A stretch of DNA of 64,000 nt, taken from assembly GCA_965222075.1 (NCBI GenBank), contig OZ244937.1, positions 3,456,001 through 3,520,000 on the forward strand. Direction: 5' to 3'. How positions within the stretch are numbered: position 1 is the first letter of the stretch; each line of letters starts with the position of its first letter. Source of the stretch: Candidatus Latescibacterota bacterium (GTDB lineage Bacteria > Latescibacterota > UBA2968 > GCA-2709665). This document shows, piece after piece, positions 1-9,325 of the stretch. The position numbers and the translations under genes were made by a program. The notes under the pieces were generated by a model, which was not told the origin of the DNA, made no database searches, and worked only from the letters and a program-made list of their open reading frames with translations.

Positions 1-1289
1 GCCAGTGCGGCGATGACCATGTAGGCCCAGTTGCTGATCAAGTCATACAAGGGCACGCGCAGGGCATTGACGCCGTTCTTAAGCTGTTCGATCACGTTTT
101 CCTGGTCACATCGTTTGTTGGCAGCAAAGACGACCTCGGCGGGAGTCAGGTCGTCGCGTGTGGTGATATAGAAGAAATATCGGATATCGTCGAAGAGGGT
201 CTGCTGGCCTTTGGTTTTACTGATGTTTTTGCGGAGGGCCACGACGCGGTAGGGGCGTTCGCACTTGCCCGGCTGGTAGTCAAACTCAGCCACGTCTTCG
301 AAGTTGAGCGCCAACTTGAGGTAGCCCCGCGCTTTGACGATACGCTGCTTCTCATTGTCCCGTCGCTGCCTTTTCTGGGGCGCGTGAGGCCGGTGCAGGC
401 GCTGCCAGTTGGCTTCGTCAAGGGCTTCGGCGCGTGTTCGTAAGGCGCTATTGCAGTCCATCCCGAAGATGAAATCGGTGTCCTTTGCCCAGCGATCAAA
501 GTGACCAGTGAGCGAAAAGTCTGTGTCGCCGCGTAGGCACAGGCGCTGCGCATGGGGCTTCACCAGGGCGATGGCCGCATCGATCCAGGGTGGGGCCCCC
601 TGGTGACTCGACGCGTTGCCCGGACGGTTGACCACATACAGCACCTCTTTGGTGTTGGCCAACGATACGATCAGGGGTGCATACCCCCACACGCCCTTGT
701 AGGAGATGTCCATACCGCCCTTCTTCTCCCCATACGTCGGCGCGGTCGTGCCATCCACATCGATGTAGGCGACCGGCTCCAGGAAACTGGCAGCGCGTGT
801 GCGCCACAACTTGGGGCGTACCGCGTTAATGCAGTCCATAAGCCCAATCACGTCCGCTTCCCTGAAGCGACGCGTGAAGTCGCCCGCGGTGGTCGGGTCC
901 GGGATCAGCTTCGCGTTCAAGGCATTCATGTAGGCCCCGTCATGTCGCAAACGCTCGATGTCTTCCAGACGCGTGCCACCGCACATAACGTTGTAGGTAA
1001 GGTTCAACACGTGATCCGACTCATGATAGGGCAGATGTACCTTCAACAACTTCAACGTCGTGTCTATCGCGTTGACCAATCCCAACTTGGTCACCAGACG
1101 ATGCACGGCCGCAATGCCACCGTAGCTCATCGCTTCTGGTTGCGCGCTGACCTCGTAATGCACACAGGTGCTGCCAAACATCGGCTTGGCTTGTGCACAA
1201 AAGCGACCGGCAAGCATCTGGCGAGCACGTACCTTGCGCCCACAATTAACACTGTTCCTGCGGCTCTCTTTTACCGATATTCTTTTCAC
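1..1289 (-). CDS. IS1380-family transposase, running off the window edge (missing from the ORF track)
   Basis: Manual translation from GTG at 1289 (AAGGAGG RBS): ...HLPYHESDHVLNLTYNVMCGGTRLEDIE...IPDPTTAGDF...IDVDGT...RGDTDF...RCDQENVIEQLKNGVNALRVP...NWAYMVIAAL, typical DDE_Tnp_1_4 motifs. Confidence 0.88.
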   Translation of the reverse strand, partial: MKRISVKESRRNSVNCGRKVRARQMLAGRFCAQAKPMFGSTCVHYEVSAQPEAMSYGGIAAVHRLVTKLGLVNAIDTTLKLLKVHLPYHESDHVLNLTYNVMCGGTRLEDIERLRHDGAYMNALNAKLIPDPTTAGDFTRRFREADVIGLMDCINAVRPKLWRTRAASFLEPVAYIDVDGTTAPTYGEKKGGMDISYKGVWGYAPLIVSLANTKEVLYVVNRPGNASSHQGAPPWIDAAIALVKPHAQRLCLRGDTDFSLTGHFDRWAKDTDFIFGMDCNSALRTRAEALDEANWQRLHRPHAPQKRQRRDNEKQRIVKARGYLKLALNFEDVAEFDYQPGKCERPYRVVALRKNISKTKGQQTLFDDIRYFFYITTRDDLTPAEVVFAANKRCDQENVIEQLKNGVNALRVPLYDLISNWAYMVIAAL

Positions 1290-1413
1290 CGGAAAGGCCT
1301 CCTTCGTTGGAGTAGCAATTTCTCGTCCGATACTGCTAACTCCATCTATGGTAAGTCTTTCCGGTACTTTTGTGCACAAAAATCTCAAAAAACCCGCTTA
1401 CTTGGGGATTAGG
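1..1413 (-). mobile_element. IS1380-family insertion sequence, partial; end at about 1413 (CCTAATCCCC...)
   Basis: Transposase plus abrupt interruption of a cassette ORF at 1413/1414; other end lies outside the window. Confidence 0.75.
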
Positions 1414-1485
1414 CCAACTCTCGAAGTGACTCCCAAGATTGTCGGGACGGATTCCCTCAAGGGTACTCTGGTATCTAATTGACAT
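1414..1485 (-). pseudogene. N-terminus of a GNAT-like cassette gene interrupted by IS1380
   Basis: MSIRYQSTLEGIRPDNLGSHFESW resembles the N-terminus of small GNAT acetyltransferases; starts about 45 bp after the attC1 crossover. Confidence 0.55.
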
Positions 1486-1525
1486 CGCGTCGTGTGCGTT
1501 CATGTGAATTTTTACTCGCCATGTC

Positions 1526-1606
1526 GTCTAACGTCCCCGCCGTGCCCGAACCGCGAAGCGGTTGCGCGAAGGGCGTAGCCCGAAGCCGGGCACGGACGTG
1601 TTAGAC
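1526..1606 (-). repeat. attC site 1
   Basis: GTCTAAC...GTGCCCG...CGGGCAC...GTTAGAC with branched internal hairpins. Confidence 0.9.
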
Positions 1607-1663
1607 GGCGTTGGCCAAATCGTCACCACGGAGGAGATTTTTGGGCACACGGTTGCAGAGCGT

Positions 1664-3025
1664 TCAAAATGCCTCTTTCCCAACGATCTCGTAAACCCTC
1701 GCCGGATGGCGGTGATCTTTGACCTTATTGAATAGCGCTTTGGCCTTTTCCAGCATCCCGGCCCGTCCATAGAAGTAGATGAGGTTGCCAGCCTCGTTTG
1801 GTCTCCCAGTGAGGTCCCATACCTTCTCCTGCACGACCACGGCCCTGCCCCAATCACCCCTGTGGAATGCCAAACAGGACCCCATTTGCCGAAGTGCAAC
1901 GTAGGCCCATACGGTCTTTTGGCCTAGTCCGTACATGGTCTCATACACCGGATAGGCCTCATCCCACCGGTTCTGTCGAGCCAGTGACAAAGCGAGGTAG
2001 TTCAGGCACTGCTGGTCTTCAGGGGCCAAAGTGACGGCATGGCGGGCAACTTCCTCCATCTCTTCAAAGTCGCGTTTCCACAAAAACATCTGCGCCTTGG
2101 CAGTGAGAGCAACTATGTCATCAGGGTCCTTTGCAAGCCGCAGACTGCATAGCTCCAGGCATTTCTCGATTGCCGTGGCCTGCTTTTGCTGGTCGCCCGC
2201 CCATAAAACGGTAAGCTCGAACGCAACATCGATGGAGTCCGGCGCCGCTTTCGCGGCTCGTTGAAGGGTTGCCGCCTCTTCCTCGGAGGGGCCCTTGATC
2301 GGGTCATATGTCCGTCCGAGCTCCATCAATGCCTCAGGATGGTCCGGGGACACCTCCAGTGCTTCCCTGAAGCGTGCGCGTGCCTCATCCATCCTCATGT
2401 ACAATCGATCCCTCTTGCCCTGTTCCAAGAGTCGGGCAATGGTCCGTGCTGCGAATCCTTCGGGCAGATCATGCTTGCTCCTGTCATCTCTTGCCATGCG
2501 GGTGACCTCCTCCTTAAGCTGCCTGCGCGCCCTGTATAGCCGCTGTTTCACACCTGCAGGGGTCGTTCGTACCAGAAGAGCCACATCCTGAATCGAATAC
2601 CCTTCCAGATAATGCAGTGTAAACGCCTGGACGCTTTTCGCAGGAAGCCTTGAAAACAGTTCCTGGAACGCTGCATTCCGGATAACAGGCTGCTCTGGAT
2701 GTTCTCTGAGATCCGTCACCTCGACAACTGACTTCGCCACGGCTTGGTGGCGGCGATTGTCCCTCAACCTGTTGAGGCAGATGTTGCGAAGTATCTGCCC
2801 CACCCAGGATGAGAATCGAGAGTGCTCCTTCAGAGCCTCAAGCTGTTTGAAGGCCTTCAAGAATGCGTCCTGAAGAGCATCCTGTGCCTCTTCCTTAGCG
2901 TGCACATAACTTAGCGCCTGCAGGTAGAGGCGATCCTGATGGCGTAACACCAGGGCTTCGAATGCAGAAAGGCTGCCAGAGAGTGCGGCGGCGACTAGCT
3001 GGGCATCTGTGGATAGGCTTTCCAT
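1664..3025 (-). CDS. ECF sigma-70 factor with C-terminal TPR domain (cassette, copy 1)
   Basis: Region 2 (AFEALVLRHQ..AQDALQDAFLKAF..FSSWVGQILRN), region 4 (HYLEGYSIQDVA..VKQRLYRARRQL), then TPR-like helices; start placed at MESLSTD. Confidence 0.88.
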   Translation of the reverse strand: MESLSTDAQLVAAALSGSLSAFEALVLRHQDRLYLQALSYVHAKEEAQDALQDAFLKAFKQLEALKEHSRFSSWVGQILRNICLNRLRDNRRHQAVAKSVVEVTDLREHPEQPVIRNAAFQELFSRLPAKSVQAFTLHYLEGYSIQDVALLVRTTPAGVKQRLYRARRQLKEEVTRMARDDRSKHDLPEGFAARTIARLLEQGKRDRLYMRMDEARARFREALEVSPDHPEALMELGRTYDPIKGPSEEEAATLQRAAKAAPDSIDVAFELTVLWAGDQQKQATAIEKCLELCSLRLAKDPDDIVALTAKAQMFLWKRDFEEMEEVARHAVTLAPEDQQCLNYLALSLARQNRWDEAYPVYETMYGLGQKTVWAYVALRQMGSCLAFHRGDWGRAVVVQEKVWDLTGRPNEAGNLIYFYGRAGMLEKAKALFNKVKDHRHPARVYEIVGKEAF

Positions 3026-3117
3026 CGCTCTACCATTACGACACCTCAGGAGAGAGGAAGGTAACGCCGAGGAAGGATTCTTGCAGTAATCTCCGCCCGT
3101 TCGTGAGGGCAAATGCC

Positions 3118-3196
3118 GTATAACGTTCTCGGCACCCCCGAAGCCGCGAAGCGGTTTTGTGCGGAGCGAAGCGAAGCCGGGGGTGCCGTGTTAACC
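3118..3196 (-). repeat. attC site 2
   Basis: GTATAAC..GGCACCCCCG...CGGGGGTGCC..GTTAACC. Confidence 0.9.
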
Positions 3197-3260
3197 GATG
3201 TGGAGGTTTGTCGGATCACCAAAAAGTTCAAGAGGCAACCATCACCCCTTGCTTTTTTGT

Positions 3261-3566
3261 TCATTCATTTCCTGCCAGTGCTTCTGACCAACGCCTGGCC
3301 ATTGTCCTCAATTCTTCCTCATGGGCTGGCCAATCGTGAAGCGTGGCAGGATCAAAATCAGCACCATTCGGCCAGACGAGTGTATGCACCTCAGGATCAA
3401 TACGCACCTCATTAAAAAGCAATATATCCATCAGAGGTCCGAACAACTCGCCCTCAAGAACTGGACGAAAATCGATAACTCGAGTCGTTTCATCGTTGAA
3501 TCTGACTTTGATCTGATAGGTCCCAACAATCTCAAATGAAACGACTCGATAGATTGGATGACTCAT
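3261..3566 (-). CDS. DUF2442-family protein (copy 1)
   Basis: YQIKVRFNDETTRVIDF..GELFGPL..TLVWPNGADFDPATL motif. Confidence 0.85.
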   Translation of the reverse strand: MSHPIYRVVSFEIVGTYQIKVRFNDETTRVIDFRPVLEGELFGPLMDILLFNEVRIDPEVHTLVWPNGADFDPATLHDWPAHEEELRTMARRWSEALAGNE

Positions 3567-3577
3567 TCTATCCTCCC

Positions 3578-3847
3578 TTAATGAAGCGGATCGATCGGCA
3601 AGGGAGGATGCCCAGATTGGAGCCGACCCCAATCTTCAAGGAGCTCCTCCTGATGCAACTCCGCCCAGGCTTCGACGAATCGTTGCTGACGGCGTGGCAA
3701 AGTCCCTGCGATCAATTCAATGGTATCCACAGCGTAAACGGCCACTTCATCTTGATAATAGGCGTGAAAATGAGGCCGATGGTGCTGTGTTCTCGGTTCG
3801 GCAAACATGCGAATGATGATTCCGAAAAACCGAGAAATTTCAGGCAT
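3578..3847 (-). CDS. DUF4160-family protein (copy 1)
   Basis: MPEISRFFGIIIRMF..HHRPHFHAYY..WAELHQEELLEDW..IDPL motif; paired with DUF2442. Confidence 0.88.
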   Translation of the reverse strand: MPEISRFFGIIIRMFAEPRTQHHRPHFHAYYQDEVAVYAVDTIELIAGTLPRRQQRFVEAWAELHQEELLEDWGRLQSGHPPLPIDPLH

Positions 3848-3997
3848 TTGTTTTCCTTGCGATATGGATTTTATCGATGAAACCCTGCGGGAAATAAACC
3901 GGATTATGCATGGGTAAGCAAAATCCAAATTGGGATGAATGGGAGTCTGTTTTTGCCCCTCAGAGCTTGACCAATTAGCCCTTAAAACCTCCATGTC

Positions 3998-4081
3998 GGT
4001 TAACGTTCATCTGCCCCTGAACCGGCACAGCCGGTTGGGCGAAGGCCCGAATGGGCCGAAGCCAGGGGCAGGGTGTTATGC
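3998..4081 (-). repeat. attC site 3
   Basis: GGTTAAC..CTGCCCCTG...CAGGGGCAG..GTTATGC. Confidence 0.9.
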
Positions 4082-4201
4082 GGCCCCGAAGGGCCGGAGC
4101 GCCCGCAGGGTGCGGAGGGTGTGCATTCTACGCCTTGAGGACAGAAGTGCTTGGACTCTCATGCGGTGAAAAGATAATTCCCAAAGAATGAATTGCATTG
4201 G

Positions 4202-4930
4202 CTATTTGGCTTTCTCGATGACAGCTATATATCTTGGCCCCTCAGAATCAATAAAAGTAGAGGCCCTCCAACCTGTGCCAGCCAAAATATCGTGCAACTC
4301 CGCTTTGGACACAAACAGGTAATCAATCCACGGCGTTCTATGGATCTTATAGCGAATGCGCATCTTCACCTGACCCCCCATCCGACCTTGCTGACGATTG
4401 GCTCTGTGATAGGCATGGTGAAGAGGGTTCGAAGTCTGATAGGGATCCAAGGTCTCTGCGATAATGCGTCCTTTGCCAGTAGTCATGTGATAGAACTTAC
4501 GCAACAGCCACCTTGCCCGTCTGTAATTGCTCATCAGACCAAAATTGTTGCCCATCATGAGGAGGGTATCGAAGTGACCCAGGCGGGCATTCAATTGAGT
4601 GATCGACAATCTACGCACCTGCTTCACACCCCTCAATCGGCAGACCTTCACCGCCAGAGAAGATACATCGATCCCTATCACATCGTGTCCTTGATCCTGC
4701 AAATAGAGGGACATCCTCCCCGCGCCGCAGCCAATGTCTAAGGTACGCCCTATGACGTATCTCATGGCCTCCTGTTTCTGAGAGGGCCACTCTTCATAAG
4801 AAGAAAAATAGGCACTGGCCAAACTAGCGACATCAACGTACCCGTCGCTGCGCTCCACAATTTCGTATCTGTCATCCCCGCCTAAGAAATCGTAGAGTAG
4901 TTGACCGAATGCATCTGCATGTTGTTTCAT
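4202..4930 (-). CDS. Class I SAM-dependent methyltransferase (cassette)
   Basis: LDIGCGAGR motif I, VIGIDVS, FDTLLMMGNNFG. Confidence 0.88.
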   Translation of the reverse strand: MKQHADAFGQLLYDFLGGDDRYEIVERSDGYVDVASLASAYFSSYEEWPSQKQEAMRYVIGRTLDIGCGAGRMSLYLQDQGHDVIGIDVSSLAVKVCRLRGVKQVRRLSITQLNARLGHFDTLLMMGNNFGLMSNYRRARWLLRKFYHMTTGKGRIIAETLDPYQTSNPLHHAYHRANRQQGRMGGQVKMRIRYKIHRTPWIDYLFVSKAELHDILAGTGWRASTFIDSEGPRYIAVIEKAK

Positions 4931-5038
4931 GAGTTCACCGAAGATAGCCTCTTATTGGGGACATCTTGCATGGGGAATTCACTATCGGAATTTGAAGTAG
5001 GTAAAGCGTGGGGACAAATTTATCTTATTGCACATGCC

Positions 5039-5137
5039 GCATAACGTTCTCGCGGGCTGCGAACCTGCCGTAGCGAAGCGGAGGCAGGTTGGGTCGGAGG
5101 CGCGAATGCGCCGAAGCCGCAGCCCGTCGTGTTATGC
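5039..5137 (-). repeat. attC site 4
   Basis: GCATAAC..GGGCTGCG...CGCAGCCC..GTTATGC. Confidence 0.88.
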
Positions 5138-5298
5138 ATTGCTGGGGCAGGCCTCCGTCACCAAGAACCGTTCAGGGCCAACATACAGCGCACAACATTG
5201 TGTATGTTGCATCTTCCGACTCAGGTTCAATTTTCGATGGGTCTTGTAGCGGGGCGATGGGTAAACGAACAGAGGACTCTGCTTGCAAGGGGTCTCCG

Positions 5299-6291
5299 CT
5301 ATCCCAGTATAACAGCTATTCGGTTGTTCATATATTCGGTGATTTCCTTCAACTCCTGTTTGTTGTACGCCTCTTCAATGAGCCCCCAGCAGGTCAGGTA
5401 CCCAAGCGGATAGCGTAAACGATAGTACTCCAGGTGCAGCTCGTGGTCCTTATGAAGAGGGGCATCGTAGGATTTCCAAAAAGCCTCAAGACAGGAAGCC
5501 ATCAGATCCTCCCGATCGAATCCTAGATCATAGACCTCGTGGGAGAAGTGGTTGTACAATCTAGAAATATCCTGAATCCCGTACCCCGGCCCAACGCCCT
5601 CGAAGTCCAGCAGTCCCGTTACGGTATCTCGCGAAATCATGATGTTGGTTGCAGAGAAATCCCCGTGGGTTAGACAAGGCTGGACGTCTTCGCTAAAGAC
5701 CTCAATCCCTTTCCGGACCCAGCCCTCCAAGCGAGAACCCCATTTGGCAAAAGGGGTTTGAAAACTGGCTTTCACAATCTCTAATCCACGCTGTAGCTCA
5801 TATTCACGAGCTGTATGGCTGGTGTCGATTCCCTCCCGGGGTTTGACCCTGACCTCACCGTCTTTATATGCCAATCCTCCACCAAAGTGAGAGAAAGCAC
5901 TGATTTGGTGGAACGAAGAAAGTATTGTTCCAATCTGGGAATAGACAGCAACGGCTTCCTGGCGGGATAAACTCTCGCCCGCGTCTCCGAGGTTCTGCCC
6001 GTTGATGTACTCTTTGGTTACAAACTCCCCGGGCATGAGGCCAGCACGTAACCCTGTTTCGAGCACTTTGGGAACAGGAAGCTCAGTCTTGTCCTCCAGT
6101 ACGTTGATGACGAGGAGCTCGTGCTCAAGAGCATTAAGTTGACCGGGCGGGACATATTGGACCACAAATGGAGCAGTGTCCCTTGGGTGCACGAGATAAG
6201 TGGGTTTGCAGATGCCGCCTTCCAATTGCTCGAAATGCGCAATCGGTCTCCGGATAACCTCCTCAATGACATCAAGAGTCACTTCAGCCAT
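5299..6291 (-). CDS. APH/choline-kinase-like phosphotransferase (two-gene cassette)
   Basis: LPVPKVL, HGDFSATNIM, GLLDFE motifs. Confidence 0.85.
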   Translation of the reverse strand: MAEVTLDVIEEVIRRPIAHFEQLEGGICKPTYLVHPRDTAPFVVQYVPPGQLNALEHELLVINVLEDKTELPVPKVLETGLRAGLMPGEFVTKEYINGQNLGDAGESLSRQEAVAVYSQIGTILSSFHQISAFSHFGGGLAYKDGEVRVKPREGIDTSHTAREYELQRGLEIVKASFQTPFAKWGSRLEGWVRKGIEVFSEDVQPCLTHGDFSATNIMISRDTVTGLLDFEGVGPGYGIQDISRLYNHFSHEVYDLGFDREDLMASCLEAFWKSYDAPLHKDHELHLEYYRLRYPLGYLTCWGLIEEAYNKQELKEITEYMNNRIAVILG

Positions 6292-6321
6292 TTAGCCCCG
6301 TGTTGAGTTTGTTGTGCGGGA

Positions 6322-7113
6322 TCAGGATATCAGCTGCTTGGCCAAATCAATACCAGGATCATATCCCTCCAAAGCTGGTTCACCCTGAGAAACAGCAATG
6401 GTCGTGACCATTCGGTAGACCAGCGCGCGGATCAGTAGCTGGGGGAAGTGTTCAACGTGAGAGACATGCTCAATTAGACCTGACGGATCTGCATCCCGCC
6501 AACACACGGCATCCGCTACAACGATAGCAGACGCAAACCCAACTGGACGCCAATAGGGCGAAAAATCGATCACGGCCGGGGAAAGTCCTTCAGCGAAGAG
6601 GATATTCTCCGTAAGGTCACCGTGAATAAGCTGCGATGTGGTTACCATCGGGGAGCGCATGCGGAGTAACTCGGTGAGCCGCTTGTTTGCGAATGGCGGC
6701 TCTATCTCCTCCCAAGCTACAAAATCACCAAGTGACCAAGGATCATCTGAGCGATCGTCCAGGAATGGCGCCCGAGGCAGGTGCTCAATTGCCTTATGGA
6801 ATCGGTCTCCGGTGAGAATTACTTCTGCCCATCTTTCCTGCTCAGGGTGTTCGCCCTCAACCGCTTCTTGGGCACACCACCCGTCAACAACCCATCGTCC
6901 ATCGAAGGCCCGTACGGGAAGTGGCAGCCTAAAGCCTTCTGCTTTAACTGTTGATAGATGGTCGGCGAACCAACGCCAAACGTCAGGACTTTCGTCCGGT
7001 TTGAGGATAAGGTCTCCTGCCAGCCAGCAGCAACCCTCCCCGCCAGCTAGTTGTACCAAATCTGCGGTAACATTGAACGCTTGAATTACCCTATCAGGGG
7101 GCCGGGGGCTCAT
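6322..7113 (-). CDS. APH-like phosphotransferase (two-gene cassette)
   Basis: QLIHGDLTENILF, AVIDFSPYWRP motifs. Confidence 0.85.
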   Translation of the reverse strand: MSPRPPDRVIQAFNVTADLVQLAGGEGCCWLAGDLILKPDESPDVWRWFADHLSTVKAEGFRLPLPVRAFDGRWVVDGWCAQEAVEGEHPEQERWAEVILTGDRFHKAIEHLPRAPFLDDRSDDPWSLGDFVAWEEIEPPFANKRLTELLRMRSPMVTTSQLIHGDLTENILFAEGLSPAVIDFSPYWRPVGFASAIVVADAVCWRDADPSGLIEHVSHVEHFPQLLIRALVYRMVTTIAVSQGEPALEGYDPGIDLAKQLIS

Positions 7114-7184
7114 CTGTTATGATTCGGCAAGAGGTGGACATTCTTAGTTTGTGCGCAACTGTGGTGCTGTCTTGCCCCAGTTTT

Positions 7185-7301
7185 GCATAACGTTCTCGGC
7201 ACTCCCGACCTGCCGGCCTGTCCTCCGGAGCTGCGTAGCAGCGAAGGAGGGAGGCAGGTTTCTGCGGAGCGTCAGCGAAGCTCGGGAGTGCCGTGTTAAG
7301 C
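7185..7301 (-). repeat. attC site 5 (117 bp, nested palindromes in loop)
   Basis: GCATAAC..GGCACTCCCGA...TCGGGAGTGCC..GTTAAGC. Confidence 0.88.
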
Positions 7302-8344
7302 GCATGTGCTGGTTTTGGTGTCAGGAAATCGACTGGCGGTGCCGATCAATGGATCTTAACGAGCGAAATTCGTCCCAATGTTTAATCGAGGAAATATCAC
7401 CTGATGTCTTTATGGATCCGGGCCGATCATCTGATCTGTCGAAGTAGACCGCTTGCATACCGAGCTGCTTTGGTGCAGTATAATCGTTCTGTAGGCTGTC
7501 ACCGATGAATAAGACTCTATTGGCTTGATCAGCTTGCACATTCGCAAGCCCCTGTTGATAAATCTGTTTACCTGGCTTTTTCCATCCGAAGTCCGAGCGG
7601 GCGCGGTCCCATAGTGTGACAAAAAAGATAGCATAACATCCTCAATAATTTCTTATGGTTAGAGGAAAGTTTGGGAAATTTACTTCTAACCAACAAGAAT
7701 CAGAAAGGACGTTATGCTGGATCATATCATAGATCAAGTGACAGAAAAAGTCAACCAAAAGTTGCCTAAGATGGTGAGCGACTTGCAAGAGAGTCTTTCG
7801 TTTGCCGACTTGGAGCATGGCTTGATCGGTTTGCTCCAGGAGGTGGTGGGCATCGTCGTGAGTCCGGTGTTGAATCAGGTTTTTCAGGATGAGGCCTTGC
7901 TGTTTGGGCTGCGTCAGGCAGCCGGTAGTATGGGCTACAGATATAAGGAACATCGGCCTTTGACCGTACGGATTTTGGAAGGTGTAGAAGTTGAAGTCTC
8001 TTCGCCCTATTTCGTTAAGCGGGGTCGCAAACGGGGCAGGAAGAAGCGGGGTCCCAATGGTCGAGGGTGTCATCTGTTATTGGATGTGCTTGGGTTTATC
8101 GGTCAGTGCAGTCCGGAGTTTGTAGATGAAGCTGTGAAGTTGGCCTTGTTATGCCCCTCCTTTGAGGTGGCCACTCAGGTGTTGGATGCCCGTCAGATAA
8201 AGCTGGACAAAAAAACCCTTCGAAGATTGTGCAAAGCTTTAGGCGAATTGGGTCTGGAGCAGAGAGCCACGATTGCTCTAAAAGATGAGCTCTCCTTTTC
8301 AGGTCGCACGGTGTATATCGGCATCGATGGGGGTCGGATGCGGA

Positions 8345-8371
8345 CCTGCCCGCGCGCAGCGCGCAGGCGGG
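8345..8371. repeat. Micro-palindrome insertion 1 (27 bp, in frame)
   Basis: CCTGCCCGCGCGCAGCGCGCAGGCGGG between A|T. Confidence 0.8.
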
Positions 8372-8534
8372 TGCGTGAGCCCAAGCGGGGTCGAAAGCCG
8401 AAGGGAAAGAAATATCCCCGATATGATACACCTTGGAGAGAACCCAAGTTGTTTACCATCTACATGTTGGACGAAAAAGGTCGCGTCGAAAAATCGTGGA
8501 CGCCTATCCACGATGCGACTCGGGGCAATGCCGA

Positions 8535-8561
8535 CCTGCCTGTGCGGTGCACGCAGACAGG
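8535..8561. repeat. Micro-palindrome insertion 2 (27 bp, in frame)
   Basis: CCTGCCTGTGCGGTGCACGCAGACAGG between A|T. Confidence 0.88.
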
Positions 8562-8853
8562 TTTGATGTTTGAGATGCTGGAAGCTACCCTTTTGGAACT
8601 GCCCCTGCAACAGGCCGATCGGGTCGTGTTTATCGCCGATGGGGCAGAATGGATCTGGCCGAGGGTAGAGCGTCTGATCTGGAGGTTGGGGGTGCCTCCA
8701 AGCAAGGCGATCCAGATCCTCGACTATTACCATAATAGTGAAACCCTCTTTGAACTGGTGCAACTCCAACCGAAGCTTAAAGAAAAGGCACAACGTGCCC
8801 TGTATGAGACGTGGAAGACCTGGATGTGGAATGGGGAGCTTTTAAAACTCCGA

Positions 8854-8889
8854 CCTGCCTGTGCGTGCTGTCTCACGCACGCAGACAGG
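8854..8889. repeat. Micro-palindrome insertion 3 (36 bp, in frame)
   Basis: CCTGCCTGTGCGTGCTGTCTCACGCACGCAGACAGG between A|A. Confidence 0.88.
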
Positions 8890-8969
8890 AAAGAAGTGCT
8901 CCAGCAGCTTCGCGGGAAAAAACGAAAACAGGCCATCACATCCCTGAACCATTTCGACCGTCATGCGCA

Positions 8970-8994
8970 CCTGCCTGTGCCGATGGCAGACAGG
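8970..8994. repeat. Micro-palindrome insertion 4 (25 bp, frameshifting)
   Basis: CCTGCCTGTGCCGATGGCAGACAGG between A|T; removal restores HAHRMRYPTFK. Confidence 0.9.
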
Positions 8995-9035
8995 TCGAAT
9001 GCGCTATCCTACCTTCAAAGAACAGGGCCTTCCCA

Positions 9036-9062
9036 CCTGTCTGCGTGCCACGCACAGGCAGG
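9036..9062. repeat. Micro-palindrome insertion 5 (27 bp, reverse orientation)
   Basis: CCTGTCTGCGTGCCACGCACAGGCAGG between A|T; removal restores GLPIGSG. Confidence 0.9.
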
Positions 9063-9300
9063 TCGGAAGTGGACACGTCGAAAGCGCCATCCGTCGTGTC
9101 ATCAATCTTCGGATCAAAGCACCAGGCACGTTCTGGAAAAAAGACATGGGCGAATACTTCCTGTTTCTGCGCTCACAGTTGATCTGTGGAAGATGGCCTA
9201 TCTTCTTCCAGAATGTCACAGGACGATACCGAACGGGTGAGTTTGCCCAACATCTCTTTCCCTCTTCTCCGAAAATGGGTTTGCTCAAGACAGGGACAGA

Positions 9301-9325
9301 CCTGCCTGTGCCGCCGGCAGACAGG
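9301..9325. repeat. Micro-palindrome insertion 6 (25 bp)
   Basis: CCTGCCTGTGCCGCCGGCAGACAGG between A|T. Confidence 0.88.

Noticed and set aside
552-1412. 286-aa plus-strand ORF
   Set aside because: Antisense shadow of the IS1380 transposase
6292-6321. attC between the two APH-like genes
   Set aside because: Only 30 bp with no palindrome or R boxes; treated as a two-gene cassette
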